Shown in pieces: positions 18,985 through 29,681 of a stretch of 64,000 nucleotides of DNA (the first letter of the stretch is position 1; the number at the start of each line of letters is the position of its first letter). The notes below the pieces were generated by a model. It was not told the DNA's origin. It made no database searches and was given only the letters and a program-made list of their open reading frames with translations. The translations under genes and the position numbers were made by a program. Origin of the DNA: an uncultured Acidimicrobiaceae bacterium (GTDB lineage Bacteria; Actinomycetota; Acidimicrobiia; Spongiisociales; UBA5794); assembly GCA_964460075.1 (NCBI GenBank), contig CAYWPC010000006.1, positions 8,711 through 72,710 on the forward strand. Reading direction: 5' to 3'.

Positions 18985-19635
18985 GTGGCAATGGTACGAC
19001 TGCAGTGGTGCGAAGATACCGATGTGAATACCGCATGGGACCCGCTGACCGTTGACGAGATTGCCGAACGGTTCGATCCCTACGGTGTGGCCTGGTGGAT
19101 CGCGGGTGGGTGGGCGATCGACTGCTTTCTCGGATGGGAGACGAGACCCCACGACGACATCGACGTCGAAATGTTCCGTGCCGACCGCGACGTCCTGTCT
19201 GACGTTTTCGCCGGATGGGAACTGTTCACCGTGAGCAGCGGTACATGGACACCGTGGTGTCGTGGTTCGCCGATCGCACCCGAGGTGTTCGGAATATGGG
19301 GTCGGCCATCGAAAGAATCGCCGTGGCGCGTCGAGATCTTGCTCGCCGACGGCGACGACGATCGGTGGCGTTTTCGTAGAGACCCCGCCGTCAACCTCGC
19401 ACGTGACGCGCTCATCCGCTACACGAGCAGCGGAATCCCGTACTGCACTCCTGAGGTCCAACTGCTGTACAAGGCGAAGATGGCAAGACCAAAGGATGAT
19501 GTCGATCTAGCAAGGTGCCTGCACCACATGGGAACCAAGCAGCGAAGATGGCTTGCCGAGGCCATCGAGCGCATCGATCCGCAGCACGCCTGGATCAGGG
19601 TGCTCGAGATTGCGACACGGAGTCGAGATGAATGA
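18985..19635 (+). CDS. ANT(2'')-Ia-like nucleotidyltransferase family protein
   Basis: WIAGGWAIDCFLGWETRPHDDIDVEM closely matches the AadB-type active-site region WIGGGWAID...HDDIDL. Starts with GTG at 18985 or ATG at 18991. Confidence 0.6.
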   Translation: MAMVRLQWCEDTDVNTAWDPLTVDEIAERFDPYGVAWWIAGGWAIDCFLGWETRPHDDIDVEMFRADRDVLSDVFAGWELFTVSSGTWTPWCRGSPIAPEVFGIWGRPSKESPWRVEILLADGDDDRWRFRRDPAVNLARDALIRYTSSGIPYCTPEVQLLYKAKMARPKDDVDLARCLHHMGTKQRRWLAEAIERIDPQHAWIRVLEIATRSRDE

Positions 19636-19666
19636 ATGCCGAACCCGAGTACCCTATGGCGACCAA

Positions 19667-19737
19667 GCGGGTGTAGCTCAATGGCAGAGCCCCAGCCTTC
19701 CAAGCTGGTCACGCGGGTTCGACTCCCGTCACCCGCT
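19667..19737 (+). tRNA. tRNA-Gly (anticodon TCC)
   Basis: Acceptor stem GCGGGTG/CACCCGC; anticodon loop CTTCCAA; T-arm GGTTCGACTCC. Confidence 0.85.
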
Positions 19738-19767
19738 CGACCGGTGGAACAGAACGCCACCGGCCTA

Positions 19768-19841
19768 GCCCCCGTAGCTCAATGGGATAGAGCGACGGAC
19801 TTCTAATCCGTAGGTTGCACGTTCGAGTCGTGCCGGGGGTG
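19768..19841 (+). tRNA. tRNA-Arg (anticodon TCT)
   Basis: Acceptor stem GCCCCCG/CGGGGGT; anticodon loop CTTCTAA; T-arm GGTTCGAGTCG. Confidence 0.8.
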
Positions 19842-19863
19842 CGGCGGGTTCGCCCGCTGACAT

Positions 19864-19942
19864 GGTGGCCGTAGCTCAGCTCGGTTAGAGCGCCTGGTTG
19901 TGGTCCAGGAAGTCGCGGGTTCAAATCCCGTCGGCCACCCCA
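19864..19942 (+). tRNA. tRNA-His (anticodon GTG), with encoded G-1 and CCA
   Basis: G-1 plus GTGGCCG...CGGCCAC-C-CCA; anticodon loop TTGTGGT; T-arm GGTTCAAATCC. Confidence 0.85.
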
Positions 19943-20000
19943 ATCCCATGCCTGCCCCTCATGAAGGAGGGGTAGGCATGGTTGTAAACGATGTCGAGGA

Positions 20001-21437
20001 GTGATCGTGCAAACCGAGGTCAATGATTCTGGACGGTTCGAGCGGACGTTGACCGTCCGGCTTGAGAACGACGAACTCGCTGCCGCCAAGAAGCGGGCAG
20101 CAGCGAAGATCTCGCGCAGCATGAAGATCAAGGGCTTCAGACCAGGCAAAGCCCCTCTGACCGTTGTCGAACGCGCAGCTGGCGCCGACTATGTGCGATC
20201 TGAGGCGATTGAAGAGGCGATTCAAGATATCGTTCCGACAGCGATCGATGAAGCAGGTCTTGACCCGGTAACAGTTCCGACGGTGTCAGCGGTGCGAGAC
20301 GACAATGAGGATGGCGTCGTCGAGATCGATGTCCTCGTGACTCTGTGGCCTGTGCTGGAGTCTCTGCCGGATTTCGGTGCGATCGAGATCGAGGTAGAGG
20401 ATCCGTCGGTTACACCAGACGAGATCGAAGACCAGATCAACGCCCTTCGCAACCAGTACGCCGAGTTGGAAGACCACGAAGGTGAGATCTCCGACGGGGA
20501 CTTCGCGTTGATCGACATTGCCGTCGAATTCGCGGGTGAGCCGGTTGACGACGCCGCAGCGAAGGATCTCATGTACGAGGTTGGATCGAACTCGTTCATT
20601 CCAGGCCTCGACGCGATCCTCATTGGATCGTCGGTCAAGGACACGGTGCAAGGGGACGGTTCGTTGCCTGAGGGCTATTCAGCCAGGGGTGGCGAGGAGG
20701 TTGAACTCACCGTCACGATCAAAGAGGCGAAGCACAAGACGCTCCCGGATCTCTCAGACGAGATGGTTGCAGACGCAACCGAGTTCGCCACCGAGGCCGA
20801 GTTGCGTGAGGCCATTGCGACCAACATGCATGCCTACAAGGTCCACAACCAGCGAGCAGTACTCGAAGACAAGGTCGTCCAATACGTCGTCAACGAAGTC
20901 GACTTCGAGATGCCGAAGGCGTTGGTCGATGCCGAGGTTGAGGCACGGATACGTAATCTCGCGGCACGCCTGGAATCAGACAAAATCGACCTCGCGAGCT
21001 ATCTGCGAATTATTGGCCAGGATGAATCGACCTTTGTCGCGACCATTCGTGATCAGGCAGACCATGCACTGACCACCCGAGTCCTGCTCGAGTCTCTCGC
21101 TGCGATCGAGAATATAGAGGTCTCTCACGAAGACATCCTCGAGCGTGTTACGGCGCTATTCGACGGATCACTCGACGATCCTGAGGCCGTCATCGAGGCG
21201 TGGAAGGCCAGTGGTCAAATTGAGTCGCTGACCGGTGATATCCTCCGCGAAAGGGCCCTCGCCAGCCTGGTTGAATCGGCCAAGCCGATCAACGCGGACG
21301 GTGATCCCGTCGATCTGACGCCGGTCGAGATCGAAATGAGTGAGGAAGAATCGGAAGAAGAGCCAACCGGTGAGGTTGAGGATGCTCCCGAGGCGCCGAC
21401 CGACGACGCCACCGACGAGTCGGAGGAAAGAACATGA
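20001..21437 (+). CDS. tig: Trigger factor
   Basis: [11 protein letters not shown] ribosome-binding motif and an acidic C-terminal tail. GTG start. Confidence 0.9.
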   Translation: MIVQTEVNDSGRFERTLTVRLENDELAAAKKRAAAKISRSMKIKGFRPGKAPLTVVERAAGADYVRSEAIEEAIQDIVPTAIDEAGLDPVTVPTVSAVRDDNEDGVVEIDVLVTLWPVLESLPDFGAIEIEVEDPSVTPDEIEDQINALRNQYAELEDHEGEISDGDFALIDIAVEFAGEPVDDAAAKDLMYEVGSNSFIPGLDAILIGSSVKDTVQGDGSLPEGYSARGGEEVELTVTIKEAKHKTLPDLSDEMVADATEFATEAELREAIATNMHAYKVHNQRAVLEDKVVQYVVNEVDFEMPKALVDAEVEARIRNLAARLESDKIDLASYLRIIGQDESTFVATIRDQADHALTTRVLLESLAAIENIEVSHEDILERVTALFDGSLDDPEAVIEAWKASGQIESLTGDILRERALASLVESAKPINADGDPVDLTPVEIEMSEEESEEEPTGEVEDAPEAPTDDATDESEERT

Positions 21438-22042
21438 GCTACCTGGTTCCAACAGTCGTAGAGCAGACTCCCCGTGGTGAGCGCGCATTCGATATATACA
21501 GCCGACTTCTCAAGGATCGCATCATCTTCCTTGGGACGCCCCTCGACGATGGCGTAGCAAACATCGTGATGGCGCAGCTCCTTCATTTAGAAGGTGAGGA
21601 TCCGGACAAAGACATCAACCTGTACATCAACTCGCCTGGCGGCTCCACGTATGCACTGATGGCCATCTATGACACGATGCAGTTCATCAAGCCACCTGTC
21701 GCGACAACCTGCATGGGGCTCGCGGCATCGGCAGCAGCCGTGTTACTCGCCGCCGGAGCCAAGGGCAAGCGGTTTGCCCTTCCTCACAGCCGAATCATGA
21801 TCCATCAGCCACACGTGTCAGGTGTCGGTGGTCAGGCGACAGACATCGAGATCCATGCCAGAGAAATCCTCAAGACTCGTGAGGACATCAACGTGATCCT
21901 TGCGAAACACACGGGGAAGCCACTCGAGCAGGTTGCCGTGGATACGGAACGTGACTATTGGCTCGGACCTGAAGAGGCCATCGAGTACGGTGTCCTCGAC
22001 TCCGTGCTCTCGGGTCGCCAACTCGAGGCCGTGTCGAGCTAG
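21434..22042 (+). CDS. clpP: ATP-dependent Clp protease proteolytic subunit
   Basis: ClpP fold with Ser in GLAASAAA and His in MIHQP. Only one clpP lies in the window. Confidence 0.9.
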   Translation: MSYLVPTVVEQTPRGERAFDIYSRLLKDRIIFLGTPLDDGVANIVMAQLLHLEGEDPDKDINLYINSPGGSTYALMAIYDTMQFIKPPVATTCMGLAASAAAVLLAAGAKGKRFALPHSRIMIHQPHVSGVGGQATDIEIHAREILKTREDINVILAKHTGKPLEQVAVDTERDYWLGPEEAIEYGVLDSVLSGRQLEAVSS

Positions 22043-22054
22043 AGGAGCGAGAAC

Positions 22055-23329
22055 GTGTCGAAGTACGAAGGATCCGAGCTGCTCAAGTGCAGCTTCTGCG
22101 GGAAATCCCAGAAGCAGGTCAAGAAGCTCATTGCCGGCCCAGGTGTCTACATCTGTGACGAGTGCATCGAATTGTGCAATGAGATCATCGAAGAGGAGCT
22201 CTCCGGTACCGAAGAGGTTGCCTTTACGGAGCTCCCGAAGCCTCATGAGATCTACGGGTTCCTCGATGAGTACGTGGTCGGGCAGGCCCAGGCGAAGAAG
22301 GTTCTGTCGGTCGCCGTGTACAACCACTACAAGCGTGTTCGTGCTGGTCAGCGCTCGAAGGATGACGATGTCGAGCTTCAGAAGTCCAACATCCTCATGG
22401 TTGGTCCGACCGGATCCGGCAAGACCCTGATGGCTCAGACTCTTGCAAGACTGCTGAATGTTCCGTTTGCGATCGCTGATGCAACTGCGCTGACGGAGGC
22501 TGGTTACGTCGGAGAGGACGTCGAGAACATATTGCTCAAGATCATCACCGCCGCAGACTTCGATACGAAGCGTGCAGAGCAGGGAATCATCTACATCGAT
22601 GAGATCGACAAGATCGCGCGGAAGGCAGAGAACCCGTCGATCACGCGAGACGTCTCGGGCGAAGGCGTCCAGCAGGCTCTCTTGAAGATCATTGAAGGAA
22701 CCGTTGCATCGGTGCCACCACAGGGGGGAAGGAAGCACCCTCACCAGGAGCTGATCCAGGTTGACACGACCAACATGTTGTTCATCTGCGGTGGCGCTTT
22801 CGCAGGGCTCGAAGAAGTCATCGTCAACCGTATCGGCGCCAAGACGGTCGGTTTCGGCGCAGAGGTTGCCTCGAAGCAGGACACTCGCCCTGCAGACATC
22901 ATCGACAAGGTGATGCCGGAGGACCTGATCGGATACGGCCTAATCCCCGAGTTCATCGGCAGGCTCCCCGTTATGACGACCGTTGCAGATCTTGACAAGG
23001 AATCACTCGTTCGTGTGCTTACCGAGCCGAAGAACGCGATTGTCAAGCAGTACGAGAAGTTCTTCGAGATGGACGGGGTTGAACTCGTTATAACAGATGA
23101 AGCACTCGAGGCGATTGCTGAGCAAGCGATGAAGCGAGGAACCGGTGCTCGTGGATTGCGAGCCATCATGGAAGAGGTGCTTCTCGACACCATGTACGAG
23201 CTCCCTGCACGCACAGATGTTGCGAGAGTCGTCATCGATGGGGACGTCGTACTCGAAAAGGTCAATCCGACACTCGTACCGATCCAGGATTTAGCATCTA
23301 CCGAGCTCCCAGAGGAGCGTTCTGCCTGA
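22055..23329 (+). CDS. clpX: ATP-dependent Clp protease ATP-binding subunit ClpX
   Basis: Zinc-binding N-terminus CSFCGK...CDEC. Walker A GPTGSGKT; an IGF-like loop. Confidence 0.95.
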   Translation: MSKYEGSELLKCSFCGKSQKQVKKLIAGPGVYICDECIELCNEIIEEELSGTEEVAFTELPKPHEIYGFLDEYVVGQAQAKKVLSVAVYNHYKRVRAGQRSKDDDVELQKSNILMVGPTGSGKTLMAQTLARLLNVPFAIADATALTEAGYVGEDVENILLKIITAADFDTKRAEQGIIYIDEIDKIARKAENPSITRDVSGEGVQQALLKIIEGTVASVPPQGGRKHPHQELIQVDTTNMLFICGGAFAGLEEVIVNRIGAKTVGFGAEVASKQDTRPADIIDKVMPEDLIGYGLIPEFIGRLPVMTTVADLDKESLVRVLTEPKNAIVKQYEKFFEMDGVELVITDEALEAIAEQAMKRGTGARGLRAIMEEVLLDTMYELPARTDVARVVIDGDVVLEKVNPTLVPIQDLASTELPEERSA

Positions 23330-23366
23330 CGACGAAGTGTCGCGGTCTCAGCATGGGAGATGAGCG

Positions 23367-24029
23367 ATGAGCCGAACCTGGACGAAGAGCGCCAAGGTGG
23401 CCTTCATCGGTTCTCATGGTATTCGCAAGACCACTGCGGTTCATGCGTTCGCAAACACGATGCAACGTGCTGGACGTTCCGTAGAACACGGGCGTGAGGT
23501 TGTTCGAGACAACCCTCTTGGGATCAATGAAGCCGCCACAGGGGAGGCACAGCTCTGGGTGATCGTATCTCAAATTCGGCAAGAGCTCCGGCTTATACAG
23601 CACGCCGATGTATTGGTTCTCGATCGGGGGGTGATGGACAATTTCGCCTATTACCTACGGGCGTCCAACGGCCAGGACCCATTCGATGTCGCTCCACTCG
23701 TATCGCGGTGGTCCGCGACCTACGACATGGTTGTGCGTCTCCATCCCGATGTGGCACTTCGTTCCGACGGTGTGCGCTCGACGTCTGACACCTTCAGGGA
23801 CGAGATCGAAGCGATTATCGACCGACGACTCCCGTCACTGGTGACGCAGCGGCAGCTCGTCGAGCTCAACGCGTCCGAGATTGATGACCGCTTCGACTGG
23901 TGGCCACTCGCGGAACGCCTCGCGAGCTTGGTGGAACAGCCGCTGTTTGCAGACGGTGTGCCGCGCCGTCGGGCACGACAGGTGAGGAAGCCAAAGCCTG
24001 AGATCCCTCAGCTTGAGATGGAGATGTAA
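23367..24029 (+). CDS. P-loop NTPase-like protein with a deviant Walker A (GSHGIRKTT)
   Basis: Only fold-level similarity to AAA_28/dNK-type small kinases. The canonical Gly before the Lys is replaced by Arg. Confidence 0.4.
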   Translation: MSRTWTKSAKVAFIGSHGIRKTTAVHAFANTMQRAGRSVEHGREVVRDNPLGINEAATGEAQLWVIVSQIRQELRLIQHADVLVLDRGVMDNFAYYLRASNGQDPFDVAPLVSRWSATYDMVVRLHPDVALRSDGVRSTSDTFRDEIEAIIDRRLPSLVTQRQLVELNASEIDDRFDWWPLAERLASLVEQPLFADGVPRRRARQVRKPKPEIPQLEMEM

Positions 24030-24078
24030 CTAGGGCTGGCCGCGATTGGAGCGCTGACGTCAAGTGAGGCCCGATCGG

Positions 24079-25296
24079 TCAATGCGGTGCTTTGACTGCG
24101 GATCCGTGCTTCCAGACATGTGTCACTCGATCTGGATCACCCCAGCCTGAGGCGTCTTCGAGCGGATTGAAGTCGACAGCGATAACGTCGGCGTCATAGC
24201 CCTCCCTCAGCTGTCCCGAAAGGGGAGCACGGGATCCGAGCGTTTTTGGACCGTTGGCTGTTGCCGCTTCGATCGCTTCCAGTGCGGTCATGCCAGCGTC
24301 CTGAAGGAGTCTGATCTCCATCGAATTCTGGCCGTACAACGTGCCACTCACGAAAATGTCTGTCCCCATCGCAACAGTGACGCCTTTTGAGATCGCGAGC
24401 TTCATCGCCGCTGCTTGGTGGTCCGCGACGAGCTGTCCCTTCTCGTAGGCATATCGTGGAAGCCGATCTTCCTCCTGGAGGAGCGTGTCGATGACGAAAC
24501 GTGTCGGCACATAGATGGCTCCCTGCCGGATCATCAGATCGGCAGCTTCCTCGTCGAGGTACGAGCCGTGTTCGATGGTGTGTACCCCTGCCCGTAACGC
24601 AGCCATGATGCCAGGGAGTCCATGACAGTGCGCAGCAACGATCCGTTCGGCGCGTTCAGCCTCGCGTACGATCGCGGCGAGCTCTTCGTCGCTGAACTGC
24701 TGATGTATTGGATGGTCGACTTCTGACATCACGCCACCGGATGCGCAAATCTTGATGATCTGTGCGTTACGACGAAGGTTCAACCTGACAGCTCTCGTCA
24801 CTTCCGGCACACCGTCGCACAGCAAACCGAGGTTGTCGACCGCGTGGAGCGATTCGATTGGGATGCTGTGAACGTCTGCATGGCCTCCAGTGGTGGAGAG
24901 GATCCGGCCAGCACCGTAAACGGTTGGCCCGCAGACCTGCCCAGCAGCGATCGCCGGTTGGATGTCGAGGCCGTAGCCCCCAACCTCACGAGCCGACGTC
25001 ACCCCACCCATCAAGGTACGGTGAAGATCGCCGACAGCTCGAGCGGCCCGCCTCGCGACCGGTTCTGTGATCTGGGCAGTGAGATCGGGTTTGTCGATGC
25101 CGACGAAGTGCGCATGACACTCCCACAATCCTGGCAACACGACCGGTACAAGCGTCGGGTCGAGGCCGGGCGTTGGAGGTGCTTGGGAAGCTGACCCTGC
25201 GTATGCAATGGTCGCACCGTCGAGGATGATCGAACCCTGCACGATCGGATCGCCGCGTCCAGGTATCAGGAGATCTGCATCTATGCGCACAACCAT
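24079..25296 (-). CDS. Amidohydrolase family metal-dependent hydrolase
   Basis: HAHFVG near the N-terminus; amidohydrolase TIM-barrel His and Asp ligands. Confidence 0.7.
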   Translation of the reverse strand: MVVRIDADLLIPGRGDPIVQGSIILDGATIAYAGSASQAPPTPGLDPTLVPVVLPGLWECHAHFVGIDKPDLTAQITEPVARRAARAVGDLHRTLMGGVTSAREVGGYGLDIQPAIAAGQVCGPTVYGAGRILSTTGGHADVHSIPIESLHAVDNLGLLCDGVPEVTRAVRLNLRRNAQIIKICASGGVMSEVDHPIHQQFSDEELAAIVREAERAERIVAAHCHGLPGIMAALRAGVHTIEHGSYLDEEAADLMIRQGAIYVPTRFVIDTLLQEEDRLPRYAYEKGQLVADHQAAAMKLAISKGVTVAMGTDIFVSGTLYGQNSMEIRLLQDAGMTALEAIEAATANGPKTLGSRAPLSGQLREGYDADVIAVDFNPLEDASGWGDPDRVTHVWKHGSAVKAPH

Positions 25297-25582
25297 GTGG
25301 TACTTTCGTTCGCTTCCACGAACCTACCCGAACTGGCGGCTGACTGCACGGTGACTAGTCATCGGGCTTCGCTGCGCTTGTGTCTTGTGACGCTCGACGT
25401 TTGGGCTTATCGTTGAGCTACAGCGTTCGAGAGATCGCTTCGGTTCGAGTAACGGAGCACATCCGTGAGCCGGGTGCTGGGTCGATTCTCACGACCCAGC
25501 ATGGGATAGGAAGGCAGGAACCCGGGATGGCTACCCGGGTTTCTCATTTCGGTAGACTGTCGCACTCGGAGGATCCCCGTGA

Positions 25583-28195
25583 GTGAAGGCCGTCATGAAC
25601 CCTACGTATCAGCCCGAAGAGGTCGAGTCGCGTTGGTACGCGACCTGGGAGGAGTCCGGTTCGTTTCGTCCTGAGGTCAATCCTGGTGGTGAGCCGTACT
25701 GCATCGTCATCCCGCCTCCCAATGTCACGGGTGTCCTGCACATGGGGCATGCACTCGACCATGCGATCCAAGATGTGATCATCCGCCGCAAACGTATGCA
25801 AGGGTACGCGGCGCTCTGGCTACCTGGATCTGATCACGCAGGAATAGCGACCCAGAACGTGGTCGAGCGTGAGCTCCAAAAGGAGGGTTTGTCGAGACAC
25901 GACATTGGTCGTGATGCCTTCGTTGAGAAGGTTTGGGCATGGAAGGCGAAGTCTGGCGACACGATCGCGAATCAGATGCGCAAGCTTGGCGACTCGACCG
26001 ATTGGACCAGGGAGCGCTTCACATTCGATGACCGGTTGAGCGCAGCAGTCCGCAAGGTGTTCGTCACGCTGTACGAACAAGGTCTCATATACCGAGCGAA
26101 TCGCATCATCAACTGGTGCCCACGATGCCACACTGCGCTCTCAGAAATCGAGGTCGAGCACGAGGACGTCCAGGGCGAACTTACCCATATTCGTTACCCG
26201 TTTACGGATGGTTCGGGATACATCACGGTTGCAACGACGCGGCCCGAAACCATGCTTGGCGACACAGCGATCGCCGTGCATCCGGCCGACGAGCGCTACA
26301 GCGAAGCGATCGGAAAAACCGTCGTGATTCCGCTCATGGGCCGGGAGATCCCGGTCGTCGGCGACGACGGCGTGGAGCACGACTTCGGCACAGGGGCCGT
26401 GAAAGTGACACCTGCACACGATCCGCTCGACTTCGAGATTGGTGAGCGGCACAGTCTCGATTCAGTGGTGGTGATCGACACGGAAGCACGCATCACAGCC
26501 AACGGTGGCGAATTCGAGGGTATGGACAGGTTCGAAGCGAGGGAGGCCGTCCGGTCGCGTCTGGCGGAGATCGATGCCATTGACAAGGTTGAGGCGCACG
26601 CTCATTCGGTGGGGCACTGCTCACGCTGTCACACCGTTGTTGAGCCGCTGCTGTCGCTTCAATGGTTCGTCGACGTTCAGCCGCTGGTTGGTCCGGCGAT
26701 TGGCGCGATCACGTCCGGGAGGACGAGGTTCGTTCCGAAGCGATGGGAGAAGAACTACTTCCACTGGATGGAGAATCTTCACGACTGGTGCGTGAGCAGG
26801 CAACTGTGGTGGGGACACCGTATCCCTGCTTGGTACTGCGATGCCTGTGGCGAGACGATCGTCTCGATGGAGGATCCAACAGAGTGCTCATGTGGTGAGC
26901 GGCAGCTTCGCAGAGACGAGGACGTTCTCGACACGTGGTTCTCCTCTGCCCTGTGGCCGTTTTCAACGCTCGGATGGCCCGAGGAAACCGATGACTTTGC
27001 TGGGTTCTACCCAACATCGACGTTGGTGACGGGCTTTGACATCATCTTTTTCTGGGTGGCTCGCATGATGATGCTGGGCCTCCAGTTCACCGGAGATGCC
27101 CCATTTACCGACATCGTGATTCATGGCATGGTTCGCGACAACGCTACGGGCAAGAAAATGTCGAAGTCGGCCGGTAATGCCCTGGATCCGCTTGAACTGA
27201 TCGAAGAATATGGGGCGGACAGTGTTCGTCTTGCACTCATCCAGGCTGCTGCACCTGGTCATGATGTCCCGTTCCAAACCGGATGGGTCGATGCAGCGCG
27301 CAGGTTCGGCAACAAGCTCTGGAATGCAACAAGGTTCACTGTCGAGTTCATGCAGGTGAATCGTGTGCCGATCGAGGGAGGCTATCCAGAGCAACCGGGA
27401 CCGGAAGGCGCGTGGATTCTCTCCAGGCTTGGCGAGGTGTCCGCAGAGGTCGATCGCCTGCTGGACGACTACAGGCTGTCTGATGCCTACAGCGTGCTGT
27501 ACAACTTCGCGTGGTCGGAAGTGTTCGATTGGTATCTTGAGATGGTCAAGACGATCGCGAAAGACGATGACCGTGCAGATACGATGCGTCAGACGCTCGG
27601 CGTTGTCGTACGCGATGTGCTCAAGCTGTTCCATCCGGCCATACCGTTCGTGACCGAGGAGTTGTGGTCGCACATGGCTCAGGGACCTGATCTTCTCGTG
27701 ACTGCTCGCTGGCCGCAGATTCCGAGGTACGACTCGCCTGCCCACGTCGACTCCCTCCAGGAGCTTGTAACCGAGGTGCGCCGTTTCCGTTCACAGCACC
27801 AGATTGGTCGACGGATAGATATTGCTGTGACGGTCGTGTCGTCCGACGAGCCTCTGCCGGAATGGTGGCTCGATCAACTCGCGGCGCTCGCCAATTGTTC
27901 CCCATCCAATGGGCATCGACCAGAATCGACCGCTGGCCACACGCGTCTGTCTTCGTCAGGGGTTGAGGCATACATCGCGCTCGACGGCCTCGTCGACGTC
28001 GAAGCCGAACGGCCAAGGATCGAGAAGGCGATCGCTGATCTTGAGGCGTCGATAGGTCGGTCACGGGCGAAGCTGGACAATCCAGACTTCACGAGACGCG
28101 CCCCCGCTGAGGTCGTCGCTCAGGAAAAGCGGCGCCTCGACGAGGTGGAAGCTGAGCTACTCAAGGCGCAGCACCAACTCCAAGAGCTGGGCTGA
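25583..28195 (+). CDS. valS: Valine--tRNA ligase
   Basis: HMGHAL (HIGH) and KMSKS motifs and a C-terminal coiled coil. valS-folC-ndk order is kept. Confidence 0.95.
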   Translation: MKAVMNPTYQPEEVESRWYATWEESGSFRPEVNPGGEPYCIVIPPPNVTGVLHMGHALDHAIQDVIIRRKRMQGYAALWLPGSDHAGIATQNVVERELQKEGLSRHDIGRDAFVEKVWAWKAKSGDTIANQMRKLGDSTDWTRERFTFDDRLSAAVRKVFVTLYEQGLIYRANRIINWCPRCHTALSEIEVEHEDVQGELTHIRYPFTDGSGYITVATTRPETMLGDTAIAVHPADERYSEAIGKTVVIPLMGREIPVVGDDGVEHDFGTGAVKVTPAHDPLDFEIGERHSLDSVVVIDTEARITANGGEFEGMDRFEAREAVRSRLAEIDAIDKVEAHAHSVGHCSRCHTVVEPLLSLQWFVDVQPLVGPAIGAITSGRTRFVPKRWEKNYFHWMENLHDWCVSRQLWWGHRIPAWYCDACGETIVSMEDPTECSCGERQLRRDEDVLDTWFSSALWPFSTLGWPEETDDFAGFYPTSTLVTGFDIIFFWVARMMMLGLQFTGDAPFTDIVIHGMVRDNATGKKMSKSAGNALDPLELIEEYGADSVRLALIQAAAPGHDVPFQTGWVDAARRFGNKLWNATRFTVEFMQVNRVPIEGGYPEQPGPEGAWILSRLGEVSAEVDRLLDDYRLSDAYSVLYNFAWSEVFDWYLEMVKTIAKDDDRADTMRQTLGVVVRDVLKLFHPAIPFVTEELWSHMAQGPDLLVTARWPQIPRYDSPAHVDSLQELVTEVRRFRSQHQIGRRIDIAVTVVSSDEPLPEWWLDQLAALANCSPSNGHRPESTAGHTRLSSSGVEAYIALDGLVDVEAERPRIEKAIADLEASIGRSRAKLDNPDFTRRAPAEVVAQEKRRLDEVEAELLKAQHQLQELG

Positions 28196-28199
28196 GTCT

Positions 28200-29609
28200 G
28201 TGACCCAGGAAACAGTTCCGGTCATCACGAACCGGTACGAGGCCGAGACGTTCCTCGATATGCGGATCGGTATGGGTGTCCAACCTGGGCTCGAACGCAT
28301 AACGGGGCTGCTTGCCTTCATGGACGATCCACAGCAGTCCTATCCAAGCATCCATGTCGCAGGGACCAATGGCAAGACGTCCACATCTCGGATGGTGCAA
28401 CAGATCCTCGGGGCACACGGACTCGCGACGGGTGGGTTCACGTCGCCGCATCTCGAACGTATTGAGGAACGATTCACGATTCATGGGGTGGCTCTCGATC
28501 CAGCCGACTTCACCGACGCTGTCCAAGATATTGCGTGGTTCGTTGTTGGCTATGAGGCGTTGTCAGGAACCAGTGTTACGTATTTCGAGGTAACAGCTGC
28601 CCTGGCGTTCTCCGTGTTCGCGACTGCTGCAATCGACGTCGCCGTGGTGGAGGTTGGACTCGGTGGCAGGCTCGACGCTACGAACGTGCTTGAGGCAGGT
28701 GTGTCTGTGATCACGGGGATCGACTTCGATCACACGGAATTTCTCGGCGGTTCGCTGTCCGAGATCGCCACAGAGAAGGCCGCGATCGTCAAGGAGGGCG
28801 GGATGCTTGTTTCTGGATCGCTTCCCTCCGAGGCCGAGGCCGCTGTCGCTGCCAGGGTGGCTGAGACCACCGCGAATTGGGTGCGCACAGGACGGGACTT
28901 CTCGGTCACAGATGCACAGGTCGCGGTGGGCGGCTGGCAGACATCTATAGCTGGCGTATTCGGTGACTACCGTGATCTACACGTTCCCATTCACGGGCGA
29001 CATCAGGTCGACAACCTGGCAACCTCGGTCGCTACCGCTGAGATGTTTCTCGGTCGAGCGCTCGACGAAGACCTTCTGCGGCTGGCCGTGGCTGCAACCT
29101 CGACGCCTGGGCGGCTCGAAGTCATTGGCAGTCGACCGGTGGTTGTGCTCGACGGTGCGCACAACGAGCAGGGATTCCGCAGTCTTGCTTCGGCGCTTGG
29201 AGATGAATTTCCTGCACTTCCATGGCAGCTCGTCATTGGAGCACGTGGCCAGCGGTCCGTCAGGTCGCTTGTGGCTCCACTCAGCGGGCTCGTAGGGCGA
29301 GTGTTCGCAACTGCGGCGAAGGATCTGTCGTCTATCGACCCACAGGTCGTGGCGGCTGATGCCGCCGCGGTGCTTGAGGCGCGGGCCGATGCATACCCCG
29401 ATGTGTCGTCTGCAGTCGTAGCAGCGAAGAAAGCTGCAGGCCCTTCGGGAGGTGTCATCGTGGCTGGATCGCTCTACGTCGTCGGGGAGGCCCGACGGAA
29501 CGGGGCGAATTCTGCCGATAGATCTTCTGAAGCACATCTGCGCTTTGAGGCGGAGCGCGATGAGGATGAGTTCGAGGAGATGTCGCCTGTCGATCTTCCA
29601 GATGAATAG
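28200..29609 (+). CDS. folC: Folylpolyglutamate synthase / dihydrofolate synthase
   Basis: HVAGTNGKTSTSRM P-loop and Mur-ligase-type domains. Acidic C-terminal tail. Confidence 0.9.
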   Translation: MTQETVPVITNRYEAETFLDMRIGMGVQPGLERITGLLAFMDDPQQSYPSIHVAGTNGKTSTSRMVQQILGAHGLATGGFTSPHLERIEERFTIHGVALDPADFTDAVQDIAWFVVGYEALSGTSVTYFEVTAALAFSVFATAAIDVAVVEVGLGGRLDATNVLEAGVSVITGIDFDHTEFLGGSLSEIATEKAAIVKEGGMLVSGSLPSEAEAAVAARVAETTANWVRTGRDFSVTDAQVAVGGWQTSIAGVFGDYRDLHVPIHGRHQVDNLATSVATAEMFLGRALDEDLLRLAVAATSTPGRLEVIGSRPVVVLDGAHNEQGFRSLASALGDEFPALPWQLVIGARGQRSVRSLVAPLSGLVGRVFATAAKDLSSIDPQVVAADAAAVLEARADAYPDVSSAVVAAKKAAGPSGGVIVAGSLYVVGEARRNGANSADRSSEAHLRFEAERDEDEFEEMSPVDLPDE

Positions 29610-29681
29610 GCAGCGTTCCGGTAGCCTTGTTGCACACATCGCGATCCAGGTCGCGTTCTTTCCATTGAGGAGCTCTTTGAA

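Noticed and set aside
18985-19461. N-terminal 160-aa extension of the methyltransferase ORF (the 354-aa version)
   Set aside because: It overlaps the ANT-like gene on the other strand, which carries a recognisable active site. The methyltransferase fold begins at MWDDRY, so the shorter start is used.
19636-19666. Possible fourth copy of the 47-bp repeat (GCCGAACCCGAGTACCCTATGGCGACC) before tRNA-Gly
   Set aside because: Only a short GAACCC-like resemblance. Too divergent to call without a formal alignment.
19709-20149. 146-aa minus-strand ORF
   Set aside because: It runs straight across the tRNA-Gly, tRNA-Arg and tRNA-His genes and the trigger factor start.
25297-25582. T-box riboswitch upstream of valS
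   Set aside because: A terminator-like hairpin is present, but neither the conserved T-box sequence nor an obvious specifier-loop architecture could be found by eye. It is reported only as a generic candidate leader.
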